From: Candidatus Sericytochromatia bacterium
GTDB lineage: Bacteria; Cyanobacteriota; Sericytochromatia; S15B-MN24; JAQBPE01
Length of the DNA stretch: 64,000 nucleotides
Direction: 5' to 3'
Assembly (NCBI GenBank): GCA_035284745.1
Contig: JAYKIL010000031.1
Location: 37,201 to 101,200 of the forward strand
Below the pieces are notes generated by a model. That model worked only from the letters and a program-made list of their open reading frames with translations. It made no database searches and was not told the DNA's origin. Each line of letters starts with the position of its first letter. Position 1 is the first letter of the stretch. The translations under genes were made by a program, and so were the position numbers. Below are positions 20,674 to 30,045 of the stretch, one piece after another.

Positions 20674-22236
20674 TTACCTCCTGCGCCACCAAGTGAAGAG
20701 CGCCAGCAGCAGCAGTGTGAAGGGGAATCCCAACACTGCGCCATAGAAAATGGCCGTGTATTGAGCCGGCGTGAGATTCAGTTGCTTGTTGCTGGCTTCC
20801 TTGGGGGGAATCGATACAAGACTGTCTTCACCGGTCATCCAATTGACTGCGCTCAAAAACAGGTCTCCATTGTTCAGGTTGCCAAATGCGGCATTCGAGA
20901 AGAAGGAACCGTTGCCCGCGACCATCAATTTCCCTTTGGCACCCATTTCAGACACCATCATTAACGCGATGGGGCCCTTGGTGTCTTTGCCCTGATCATA
21001 CTGAACCGGGCGGGCTTTGAGGTCCGTTTCACCCCACGCCGAGTCACTGGTTTCCACCAAGGGGGAGATGTTGGTCACACCCTCAGGCTGCTTGTCCATT
21101 TTTTGAAGTGAGCGACTTCCAGGGAAATAGGCGGCCTGCAGATTTTGGGTTGTGACGTGATAAGGAAAACGAGTAACCACTGGAACATCAAGGCTGCCAT
21201 ATAAATTCGACTTCGGATCGAGTATCAGGTCGTCTTTGATGGCGATACCAAAACGTTTTGTGAGCTTGTCCACGTTTGTTTCTGCTTGTGGATTGGCTGC
21301 TACAAACACTTTGCCGCCGTCTTTGATGTAGGCCTCCAGGGCGTCCATTTCTTTGTCGGACAAGGGCTTGGTGGGTGCAGGCACGATGACCAAGGCCGCA
21401 TCAGAAGGAACCTTTCCAGAGACAAACAGCGACAGCTGGTCGAGCTTGTAGCTTTGCTTCTCGAGGTAGTCCTTGAGTTGGCTGATACCGTCCTTGTCGA
21501 ACTTGTCATAAGCAAGCTCTCCGTGTCCCACCGTGAAGTAAATGGTTTTTTGGCTGTCACGGGTGATCTTGATGAGCGCCGAAGTCAGGTCTTGTTCCTG
21601 GTTTCCCGTGATGGTGGTCGATTGCGCTCCGCGTTTCAAAATTGACGACCCTGACGTCGTAATTTTGTTCTGCCGCGTCAGCGTTGGGTTTTGGTCAACG
21701 TCGACCACCTCTAGCTTCACTTTGTCGCTGACATAGGCATATTGCTTCCACAGTGTCTCGAGGTTCTGAGCATACGTGTCAGAGCGTCGGATAAAGAGCA
21801 TCACAGACACGGGTTCTTTTAAATCTTTCGCGACTTTGATGCTTTGTTCCGACAAGGAATATTGTTTGTTTTCAGTTAAATCAACTCGCGCGTGATGGCG
21901 GGTCCCGAAATAATTGACCGCAGACAAAATTCCGATGACAGCGGCAATTTGGAGTGTGATGTTGAAAAATGAGCCGGTGTTTTTGTGTTTCAGCACGCTG
22001 GAAACTTCCCGTTCCTTCAACATCACCAAAGTCAAAACGTAGAGGCCCATCATTGCAAAACCGCCAAGGCGCATGTACTCTGAGGCACCCTGAGGAAGCT
22101 TCGCGGCGAGACCCGCCACGTTAGTGACCAAAAGCGAGCCTGCCAGCAAAGCAATTGCCAGCAGCCCTGCCACCAAGTTGGCCTTGTCAACGGCCGCTAG
22201 ACGCGAATCTTGAGGATTCAATTCTGGATCGGACAC
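20674..22236 (-). CDS. GldG-family ABC transporter auxiliary component
   Basis: RVDLTENKQYSLSEQS, YFTVGHGE, NGDLFLSAVNW, C-terminal TM ending WWRRR. Confidence 0.88.
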   Translation of the reverse strand: MSDPELNPQDSRLAAVDKANLVAGLLAIALLAGSLLVTNVAGLAAKLPQGASEYMRLGGFAMMGLYVLTLVMLKEREVSSVLKHKNTGSFFNITLQIAAVIGILSAVNYFGTRHHARVDLTENKQYSLSEQSIKVAKDLKEPVSVMLFIRRSDTYAQNLETLWKQYAYVSDKVKLEVVDVDQNPTLTRQNKITTSGSSILKRGAQSTTITGNQEQDLTSALIKITRDSQKTIYFTVGHGELAYDKFDKDGISQLKDYLEKQSYKLDQLSLFVSGKVPSDAALVIVPAPTKPLSDKEMDALEAYIKDGGKVFVAANPQAETNVDKLTKRFGIAIKDDLILDPKSNLYGSLDVPVVTRFPYHVTTQNLQAAYFPGSRSLQKMDKQPEGVTNISPLVETSDSAWGETDLKARPVQYDQGKDTKGPIALMMVSEMGAKGKLMVAGNGSFFSNAAFGNLNNGDLFLSAVNWMTGEDSLVSIPPKEASNKQLNLTPAQYTAIFYGAVLGFPFTLLLLALFTWWRRR

Positions 22237-22239
22237 GAA

Positions 22240-22950
22240 TTACCTCCAGTGATATGTTTCAACAGACCGCACTGCCATAAACAAGCAGGCCGTGATGAAG
22301 CTCAAGTAAAATACGAGGTCGCTGCTATCTAGGACGCCACGGCCCATGTTTTCTTGGTGGTTGATGACAGACAAATAAGTCATCACATCCGCCGCCGCTC
22401 CGCCGAATATCTGCCCCGCCGATGGAAGCAACCAAATCACAAGCGAAAGCGCAAAGGTGATCATGGCGGCGATGATCATGTTGGCCGTCAGCGAACTCGC
22501 CAGCACCCCAATGGCCATGAAACTGGCCCCGAGGAGATAAACCCCGAGATAACCGGACAGGATGACCCACCACTCAAGTTTTGAGCTCAGCGCCACCAAC
22601 AAGGGGAAAGCCATCGTGAGGGCGACCAAAAAACCCAGATAAATGAGGGCCGCGAGGTACTTACCGATGACCAAGTCACGGTCGTGAATGGGCGAAGTCA
22701 TCAGCAATTCGATGGTGCCTGTTTTCCGCTCGTCCGCGATTAATCGCATCGTGAGCGCCGGGATCACCAGCAACAGCATGACCGACATATTCGAGAAAAG
22801 GGGCTGAAAGTTGGCCTGTTTTGTGTGGAACAAAATAAGCGAGAACAAATAACCAACAACCAGTATGAACATGGCTGCAACCACAAAGGCCAGTGGCGAG
22901 CCAAAGTAGCTGCGCATTTCACGCCCCGCAATGGCAAAAATCTTAGACAT
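22240..22950 (-). CDS. GldF-like ABC-2 permease
   Basis: REMRSYFGSP, TMRLIADERKTGTIELLMTSP; multiple TM helices. Confidence 0.9.
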   Translation of the reverse strand: MSKIFAIAGREMRSYFGSPLAFVVAAMFILVVGYLFSLILFHTKQANFQPLFSNMSVMLLLVIPALTMRLIADERKTGTIELLMTSPIHDRDLVIGKYLAALIYLGFLVALTMAFPLLVALSSKLEWWVILSGYLGVYLLGASFMAIGVLASSLTANMIIAAMITFALSLVIWLLPSAGQIFGGAAADVMTYLSVINHQENMGRGVLDSSDLVFYLSFITACLFMAVRSVETYHWR

Positions 22951-23920
22951 GGGTGGCCTCCTTGCCGGCGGCATCCGCTATCGGCTCTCGAGTCGTGAGT
23001 TTCAAGAAAATTTCTTCCAGAGACAGGTTGATACTCTTCAGTTCAATCAACCCCCACCCAGAGTTCACGACCATGCGTGCGAGGTCTTCCCGCAAGTCCA
23101 GACCCGCAGGCAAATTGACCTCTGCTTGAATCACTCCAGGAAGATTCTCCACCACGCTGATGCTGGTGTCTCTCAACGGCTTGAATTCCAAAAGCCGAGA
23201 TTGAAGACCTTCTTGCGGCCCACGTACCACCAAGGAGATTCTCATTCCTCCCTGCAATTGAGCTTCCAATTGCTCAGCAGAGCCTTCTGCCACCAACCTG
23301 CCGCCGTTAATGATCAACACGCGGCTGCAGGTGGTCTGAACCTCGGGCAAGATATGGGTACTCAGAATGATGGTATGGTCCACCGCCAGCTCTTTAATGA
23401 GCGCGCGGATTTGTATGATCTGTTGCGGGTCGAGGCCGCTGGTTGGCTCGTCCAGGATAAGCACGGGTGGATTGTGTATCAGCGCTTGTGCAATTCCAAC
23501 GCGCTGCTTATAGCCTTTCGAAAGTTGCCCAATGAGTTGGTGTGTGCGGTCGGTCAGGAAACATTTTTCCAACACTACCGCCAGGCGTTCCTTCAACGCC
23601 GCCTGGGACAAACCCTTCAGTTGTCCTACGAAATTGAGGTAATCGCGCACTGTCATCTCTGGATACAGCGGCGGAGTTTCCGGGAGATATCCCAGTAGAC
23701 TCTTTGCTTCGAGAGGATTTTCCGCCATGTCGAAATCGCCGATGGTGACGCTTCCGTTGGTGGGGCTCAAGAAACCGGTGAGCATCCGCATGGTCGTTGA
23801 CTTTCCCGCCCCATTGGGGCCCAGAAAACCAACGATTTCTCCTTTTGCAATTCGGAAGTTGACGTTGTCAACCGCGACGCGGGCGCCGTATTGCTTGGTT
23901 AAATTCTCAACGACAATCAT
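22943..23920 (-). CDS. GldA-like ABC transporter ATP-binding protein
   Basis: GPNGAGKST, LSKGYKQR, ILDEPT, STH; start placed at MIVVENL. Confidence 0.93.
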   Translation of the reverse strand: MIVVENLTKQYGARVAVDNVNFRIAKGEIVGFLGPNGAGKSTTMRMLTGFLSPTNGSVTIGDFDMAENPLEAKSLLGYLPETPPLYPEMTVRDYLNFVGQLKGLSQAALKERLAVVLEKCFLTDRTHQLIGQLSKGYKQRVGIAQALIHNPPVLILDEPTSGLDPQQIIQIRALIKELAVDHTIILSTHILPEVQTTCSRVLIINGGRLVAEGSAEQLEAQLQGGMRISLVVRGPQEGLQSRLLEFKPLRDTSISVVENLPGVIQAEVNLPAGLDLREDLARMVVNSGWGLIELKSINLSLEEIFLKLTTREPIADAAGKEATHV

Positions 23921-24091
23921 GGATGTATTCCCTTCATCACGGGCATAACGCTCCTTTCTGGCCAGAATCGGACTAAGTTTGAAAGGGTTACCTGCTGGAA
24001 TTGAGGGCTCGTGCAGCATGTAGCGCAACGATTTCACTCGATGGCTGCGCGACACGAGACGCACGCTCCAGTCGCTGCATATTTTACCGCG

Positions 24092-24604
24092 TTATTCGAA
24101 ATCCTTAATAGTTTTTGGATGGCGTTTCTTTAACGCGAGCAATCGTTGATGTCTCGCTACGCGCTGAGATTCAAACGCGCGTTCGAGTTCAATCGCGCGT
24201 CCCAAAACACGCTCGAATGCGGCCAACTGGTGGACTCTTTTCAAGTGCGTGGCGAACGCGTTGATGTCGTGTTCGTGGCGCATGGCCCCGCACCCGGCCT
24301 GCAGCAATCGTAATAGGCACGGGTGGCGCTTTAACTCCGGCCTTTGTAAGGCGTCCAGAAATTTGAATTTTCGAACTTCGAAGGGTTTTGGGTCGCGTGC
24401 CAACGCTTCGGTTTCGGCGCTCATCGTCTGCAGGAGTTCAAGGGGAACGCGGCGGCCCAGTAACTCGCGTCCCATCGCCATCGCGAGCGTGCTCAACAGT
24501 TCGGGCCTGATGGTGTGGGTGCCGGATTGGAAGAATCCGTTTCTCAGGTATTCCCGAGGATCTCGATAGTCAGGATTGGGGGCGCTTGTCACCGGTCGTT
24601 GCAT
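24092..24604 (-). CDS. Hypothetical helical protein, possibly Csm2/Cas11-like
   Basis: 170 aa; ATG 5 nt after the upstream stop; YLRNGFF..G..IRPELL and DINAFATHLKRV recall Csm2 (from memory, unverified). Confidence 0.55.
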   Translation of the reverse strand: MQRPVTSAPNPDYRDPREYLRNGFFQSGTHTIRPELLSTLAMAMGRELLGRRVPLELLQTMSAETEALARDPKPFEVRKFKFLDALQRPELKRHPCLLRLLQAGCGAMRHEHDINAFATHLKRVHQLAAFERVLGRAIELERAFESQRVARHQRLLALKKRHPKTIKDFE

Positions 24605-24609
24605 GGCAC

Positions 24610-25647
24610 TCAGAGAGGCTGAGGTTGGTAGATGTGACTCAGGCGGGCATATTTGTCGAAAAAGGGTGACATCCGATCTTGATGGATTTCGCGCTCCGTG
24701 ACCCAAACCGACTTGCCTGTCCAGGGGTCGTGAATATGGAATTCGCGACCGCCGTAACCTTGGCGCACTGCCATCGCCAAGACAAAATGGCCGCTGTCCG
24801 AAGCGGCTCCGGGTGGGTCCCAGGAGACCCTCAGGGGGACATCATGGCCGTTGGCGAGGGCTGCCGCGACGTCATTCAGTGCCGCCGATTTGTTTTTTAC
24901 TTCTGAAATTTGGTAACGGGCACCCGTCACGGGGGTCAGTTGCTCATTGAGCATTTGGCTGATAGCGATACCCGTCCCCCCTGTCGCCCCCCGTTGAACG
25001 GCCCGCCCCCCATATTGTTCGAGCCAACGCTTCTGTTGTTCGGCCAATGCTTGATTGTTTCCCAACGGGTCGATGGCACTGAGGTCCCACGTTTTGTTCA
25101 ATTCCCAGGCATAACGGGGATCCGCTTCACCCGCTGCCACTTGTAATAGGGTGGGGCCGCACGAATCCTGCCATTGTTGAACCAGGTCACGCGCATCCCG
25201 CATGGTGCTCCGCCGAATGATCTGGTCCTCGGCCAACCCGCGCATTTCTTGCGCATATTGCACCAAGTGAGACCAGGGCTCATTCGCCGCGAACGCCTTA
25301 AGAATAAAAATTTGCTCAACGCGCAAGCGACTGTTATTCAAGAGCGTTTTCAGACTTTCCAGTTGGCCTGCCTGCAAAAACGACAACTGGCGTTCCAGTT
25401 TCAGCAGGTGAGGGCGCGCTACCAAGTCAGTTCGCAGCCCCTCTTGCAGCACGTTTAACATTTCTTGCCGAAGCAATTCTACGCTTTGGCTGACTGTTTT
25501 CAAGGAAACGGCAGGACCGTGCTGTGAGGGCGATTGCCCGCCTGACGGCCCATATAGAAATTCCGGGCGCCAGCGTGTGGGTGTGGGCTGCTGCGAAGCG
25601 GTGCTGATGTTCATAGCCGGCGAAACACTCCAAGGCGCAAGGGGCAC
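24610..25647 (-). CDS. Papain-fold (C39-like) cysteine peptidase domain protein
   Basis: QQWQDSCGPT (Q/C), SGHFVL (H), IHDPWTG (D) triad pattern. Confidence 0.65.
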   Translation of the reverse strand: MPLAPWSVSPAMNISTASQQPTPTRWRPEFLYGPSGGQSPSQHGPAVSLKTVSQSVELLRQEMLNVLQEGLRTDLVARPHLLKLERQLSFLQAGQLESLKTLLNNSRLRVEQIFILKAFAANEPWSHLVQYAQEMRGLAEDQIIRRSTMRDARDLVQQWQDSCGPTLLQVAAGEADPRYAWELNKTWDLSAIDPLGNNQALAEQQKRWLEQYGGRAVQRGATGGTGIAISQMLNEQLTPVTGARYQISEVKNKSAALNDVAAALANGHDVPLRVSWDPPGAASDSGHFVLAMAVRQGYGGREFHIHDPWTGKSVWVTEREIHQDRMSPFFDKYARLSHIYQPQPL

Positions 25648-25722
25648 AGGATGTCACCCCTTGCTTGTAGGCATTGAAAGCCGGTGGGTGACTTCGCTTA
25701 CCCAGAGCTTAATGCGATTTTA

Positions 25723-26757
25723 TTAAAAAAGCGTGTCTCGGATGCGACCGGCGATCACATTACGCACCTCGACGGGGATGTAAGCAGAGAGGTTGCCCTG
25801 CGTGTATCCGATGGCCGTCGCCGTTACCACGGTTGAGCCGGGAGCCAGCGCACGTAATTGTCCCGTTTCCGAGACGGTCACGATGCTTGAGTCCCCCGAT
25901 TCCCAACGGACCAGTGGGTCGAAACCTCCGGTCCACGTGGGAACATCTGCTTGCAACCAAAAAGAATCTCCCACGTTCATTACAACCCGCGAGGGCCGGA
26001 TACGAATACCGCTAATTTCTGCGGGCGGAGCGGGTTCTATGATGGCTAATGTCACTTGCTGTGCGAGTGCCGGATAGGCCAATGAATAGGCCGTTATCGT
26101 AACGGTTCCCGGGCGCAACGCGTTCACTACCCCCGCCTCATCGATGGTTGCAATCTCAGGATTTTCGCTTCGCCAAACCGCGGCAGCGGGTGTTTCAAAC
26201 CCCGGGGGGCCCTGCAAGGCCAGAAATCGCAGTTTGTCGCCAGGAGCGACGCGGGGGACACTCGGATAGATGGCGAGAGAGTAACCAGGCGGCGGTGGGG
26301 GGCCGGGTGGGATATCAGGCGAGGTTCCTGCCGCGGGTTGAGGGCCGGGCGTTCGAATCAGCGAATCAGAGGGCCCAATGGTCAATTGAAACGTGGCCTC
26401 TCGAGGTGGCGTGCGGGTGGTTGCCGCGATGACGACAGTCCCCGCTTTCAATGCGGTGACAACCCCCTGCGCGCTGATACTTGCGATACTGGGATCCGCG
26501 GAGCGCCACTCGGGCATCACTTCAATGGGGGCGTCTCGATCGTCTCGACCCAGGGCCGTCATTTGTAGTGTTTCCCCCACGGAGAGGCGGTCACCGTCAG
26601 CCTGAATTTCAATGCTAAAGAGTGCTGACCCTGAAGGGTTCTCCATTTGCGGGGCTACGGGCAATGAATTTCCTCGACAGCCAACCAGAGCGATGAACGC
26701 GAGCAGCAGGCTCCATCGCAGGAAAACTCTGTAACAAGGTTGAGTCTCGGTTTGCAC
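25723..26757 (-). CDS. Lipoprotein with three bacterial Ig-like (Big_2) domains
   Basis: Lipobox LVGC; three W.S.D/N..IA.I...G.V.AL..G repeats; start placed at GTG 26757. Confidence 0.82.
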   Translation of the reverse strand: MQTETQPCYRVFLRWSLLLAFIALVGCRGNSLPVAPQMENPSGSALFSIEIQADGDRLSVGETLQMTALGRDDRDAPIEVMPEWRSADPSIASISAQGVVTALKAGTVVIAATTRTPPREATFQLTIGPSDSLIRTPGPQPAAGTSPDIPPGPPPPPGYSLAIYPSVPRVAPGDKLRFLALQGPPGFETPAAAVWRSENPEIATIDEAGVVNALRPGTVTITAYSLAYPALAQQVTLAIIEPAPPAEISGIRIRPSRVVMNVGDSFWLQADVPTWTGGFDPLVRWESGDSSIVTVSETGQLRALAPGSTVVTATAIGYTQGNLSAYIPVEVRNVIAGRIRDTLF

Positions 26758-26779
26758 GGCCGCCTCGCCTTCCGCAAGT

Positions 26780-27661
26780 CTACCTATCGGGTTCGTCGGC
26801 CGATGACTTGCTTGGTTCGGGCAGCACGGAGGGCGCAGGGGGAATTCGACGCTCCAGTGTGTTGGGCGCCGCACCCGTGAGGCGTGAGAACCAGGCACGG
26901 ACTTTAGCACGTGCGCGCTGCCACCAGCCCTGAGGCGTTGATTCTTCCGGTTCCGCTGGGATGGGTCGGTGCAACCAGCGACAGCGTTCGTTGAGGGGTA
27001 AAGTATGCCAGTACTCGAAAAATTTTTGTATATATTCAATTTTTGAACGTTGCCCGTGTTCGTGTACGCCGAATTCGCGCATTTCTGAAACGGCAGCCTC
27101 CACGCTCCACGCATCACGCGCAATTCTTAAACACGCCGCCATCGCACCGGTTCTATCGACGCCGTGGTAGCAGTGAAAAAAGACAACGCCGTGATGAGGG
27201 TTGGTGACCGCATCGAGAAAAGCAAGGGTCAGTTCGTGGGTGGGGGGGCCGAGCGGAGGGAGCGGTAGATAGATATAGCGCAGGCCTAATTTCTGAAGAA
27301 CCGCGCGCTCGCGATCACTCTCGGGCCGAAGGTTGATAACCGTTTCAACGCCCTGGGCCAGAAGGGTCTCAAAGGCTTCATCGCTGGGTTGACTGCCTCG
27401 CCATACATTGTCCCCGACCGAGCCCAGGCGTTTCACCTCTCGACCATGTAGAAACGGTCGCGTGGCCAAATCGTAGGCCTGATAACCGAGTTTCCGCAAC
27501 CAAGGAAGATCCCGGCCGATTTTGATGAGATGGGTTGCTCCTTTGTGCACCCATTCCTGGCTGTGTTTTGTCATTCGCTCCCGCAGAGACGTGTCGGGCG
27601 ACGAATCCGGGTTCTTTTTCTCTTGTTCACCACCACCTTGGGTGCTGGGAAAATGGGACAT
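26780..27661 (-). CDS. Dual-specificity/tyrosine phosphatase family protein
   Basis: RGSQP, VINLR, HCYHGVDRTG active-site loop. Confidence 0.88.
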   Translation of the reverse strand: MSHFPSTQGGGEQEKKNPDSSPDTSLRERMTKHSQEWVHKGATHLIKIGRDLPWLRKLGYQAYDLATRPFLHGREVKRLGSVGDNVWRGSQPSDEAFETLLAQGVETVINLRPESDRERAVLQKLGLRYIYLPLPPLGPPTHELTLAFLDAVTNPHHGVVFFHCYHGVDRTGAMAACLRIARDAWSVEAAVSEMREFGVHEHGQRSKIEYIQKFFEYWHTLPLNERCRWLHRPIPAEPEESTPQGWWQRARAKVRAWFSRLTGAAPNTLERRIPPAPSVLPEPSKSSADEPDR

Positions 27662-27685
27662 AGGCCTTCTTAATGACGCTGAGTG

Positions 27686-28858
27686 TTAGCGTTTCGAATG
27701 AAACGCCGCCATACCCGCAAACGCCGTTTCATATTTATTTTGGGCATTCCACATCATATACCCCGTTGCGTGAGTGTCCCGTCCGGCTCTCAGTTGTTCG
27801 CTGATATATCGAGGCGTGAAGGACGTGACGCGATAAGGCATCGCTTGCATCCACGGTCGAATGACGACGCCTGTATCAGCCACCTTCTTGTTCATCAGGC
27901 TCAGCCCCTTATGCATAAACAGATAGGGTTGGTCCGCTGGGTTTGGAACGCCAGCGAAGCCTCGATTAAAGTGAGATGGATACAACATTGGGCATATCAC
28001 GTCGGTGTGTCGGGCCATGTCTTCCAATTTCTGGCCGGTGATCCTCTCATCAATGGGTTGGGCCCATGCCATGATGCCGTACACATCCACGGAGACAACC
28101 ACGCCCATCGGTTTTAAGGTCTCGTAGGCTTTTTTAAGAAATGCCGTGATGACCTCGTGTTTTTGAGTTTTTTCCGCATCGAATGCATACCGCGCATTTT
28201 GTGTATCGCCCATGGCCGGGAAGCGTATGTAATCGAACTGAATTTCATCCACGCCCGCGGCAATCATCTCCTTGGCGATATCAATGTTGTAATTTTGAAC
28301 AGCAGGCAAAGAGGGATCGACCCAACTTTGGCGGCCTAATTCTTTCCAAACGCCACCTCCTGCTCGCTTTGCCGCAAGGTCTGGGCGTTTTCTTGCCAAG
28401 ATGGGGTCGTGAAAACAAACCACGCGACCTGCGACATAAACTCCCTGTGCGTGCGCTTCCGCTACTTTAGCCTTCAGGTCCCGTATAGGGCCATCTTTTG
28501 ATGCGCCAAGGGTTTTGGCCAGCGGGACCTCTGTTTTCCAAGAGATAATGCCGCCCTCATCCTTCGCATCAAATACCAACAAATTCCCTCCGGACGCTTT
28601 CAGCCCTTTCATGAGGGTTTGGTACCGTGGAAGGACCATGCTGGTTGCCGTGATATAAATCCCCCGTGCCTCGGAGTTTTTACTGAGGCTCAGTCTGACC
28701 CCACCCGTATTCGGTGAACTCGAGGACGGGGTTTCAACCGGTTTTCCGGGAGTGGTCGCGGATGTCGCCGCCAGGGCGGCACCCGTGGCCTGGCAGAGTA
28801 TCACGAAAGACGCAAGGATGGGACGGATCACTTTAAAAATTCTCCTGGTCAGGTGCAA
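27686..28858 (-). CDS. Putative glycoside hydrolase (DUF4015-like)
   Basis: Signal peptide; RGIYIT, WVDP, DEIQFDYIRFP, PMLYPSHF, RPWMQ. Confidence 0.82.
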   Translation of the reverse strand: MHLTRRIFKVIRPILASFVILCQATGAALAATSATTPGKPVETPSSSSPNTGGVRLSLSKNSEARGIYITATSMVLPRYQTLMKGLKASGGNLLVFDAKDEGGIISWKTEVPLAKTLGASKDGPIRDLKAKVAEAHAQGVYVAGRVVCFHDPILARKRPDLAAKRAGGGVWKELGRQSWVDPSLPAVQNYNIDIAKEMIAAGVDEIQFDYIRFPAMGDTQNARYAFDAEKTQKHEVITAFLKKAYETLKPMGVVVSVDVYGIMAWAQPIDERITGQKLEDMARHTDVICPMLYPSHFNRGFAGVPNPADQPYLFMHKGLSLMNKKVADTGVVIRPWMQAMPYRVTSFTPRYISEQLRAGRDTHATGYMMWNAQNKYETAFAGMAAFHSKR

Positions 28859-28894
28859 ACAAAGTTCTATGGCCCGTTGTAAACGGGGGGGGAA

Positions 28895-29980
28895 TTAACG
28901 GCCTCTTCCGGCGAAACTTTCCATAAAGTTGACCAAAGCCTCTACGCCCTCTTCTGGCATCGCATTGTAGATTGAAGCGCGGCAGCCACCCACGGAGCGG
29001 TGCCCTGCAAGACCAATAAGGCCTGCTGCTTCTGCCTCTTTCAAGAAGGCTTTTTCCGTGTCAGTGTCTGGAAGGCGAAAAGTCACGTTCATTTTTGACC
29101 GAGCCGAAATTCGTGCGTGTCCTTGGTAAAGGTCCGGGTAGCGGTCTATCACCTGATATATGCGGTCGCTCTTGCGTCCATTTCGCACCTCAATCGCTTC
29201 CAAGCCTCCTTGCTCCATCATCCACGCCAGGACATTTCGGAGCATATAGACCGCCAGTGTCGGGGGCGTGTTGTACATCGACCCTGCTTCAATATGGGTT
29301 CGGTAATTCAACATTGTCGGAGTGGTTTCGGGCGCGCGAGCCGCTAAGTTTTCATCCACTACGACCACCGTAACCCCTGATGGACCCAGATTTTTCTGCG
29401 CTCCCGCATAAATCAGCCCAAAGTCTTTCACATTGAGCCGCCGGCTGAGGATGTCACTCGACATGTCGGCCACCAGTGGAACCCCCGTATTCGAGGGGAA
29501 TGTCTGCCATTGCGTGCCCTGAACGGTTTCGTTCGAGGTGAGATGTAGATAGTCACAATCTTTTGCGGCCGTTGGTTCAAATTCCGGCATGTGATCGAAT
29601 TGAGTTTCCGCACTGGAGGCCACCAGTGTGGGTTGCCCCAATTTTTTCGCTTCTTTATAGGCTTTGTTCGCCCACTCGCCGCTGTTGACGTAGCCACCAC
29701 GCAAGCCAAAGTTCAGCGGAATCATCGCAAATTGGAGGGTTGCACCCCCTTGCAGAAACAACACACGGTGCGTGTCCGGAACCGCGAGAAGTTCTCTGAA
29801 AAGCGCCTCTGCTTCAGATTGCAGTGCCATGTAGGGTTTGGCACGGTGAGATATTTCCATCACGGACATTCCCGTCTGGGAAAAGTTGAGCAATTCATCT
29901 TTTGCTCGTTCTAGGGCGGGTCGCGGGAGGGTCGCGGGGCCTGCATAAAAGTTCCAGACAGGAGCGTGGGTCAGCAACAT
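28895..29980 (-). CDS. serC: Phosphoserine aminotransferase
   Basis: NFYAGPATLP, EISHR, GAQKNLGP (PLP Lys), YNTPP, GHRSVGGCRASIYN. Confidence 0.97.
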   Translation of the reverse strand: MLLTHAPVWNFYAGPATLPRPALERAKDELLNFSQTGMSVMEISHRAKPYMALQSEAEALFRELLAVPDTHRVLFLQGGATLQFAMIPLNFGLRGGYVNSGEWANKAYKEAKKLGQPTLVASSAETQFDHMPEFEPTAAKDCDYLHLTSNETVQGTQWQTFPSNTGVPLVADMSSDILSRRLNVKDFGLIYAGAQKNLGPSGVTVVVVDENLAARAPETTPTMLNYRTHIEAGSMYNTPPTLAVYMLRNVLAWMMEQGGLEAIEVRNGRKSDRIYQVIDRYPDLYQGHARISARSKMNVTFRLPDTDTEKAFLKEAEAAGLIGLAGHRSVGGCRASIYNAMPEEGVEALVNFMESFAGRGR

Positions 29981-30045
29981 TTGTTCCTCATTTCTCTCAT
30001 TGCGAGAGACATTGTATCGCTTCTGCTCTGATGCGCCAGGTCTGG

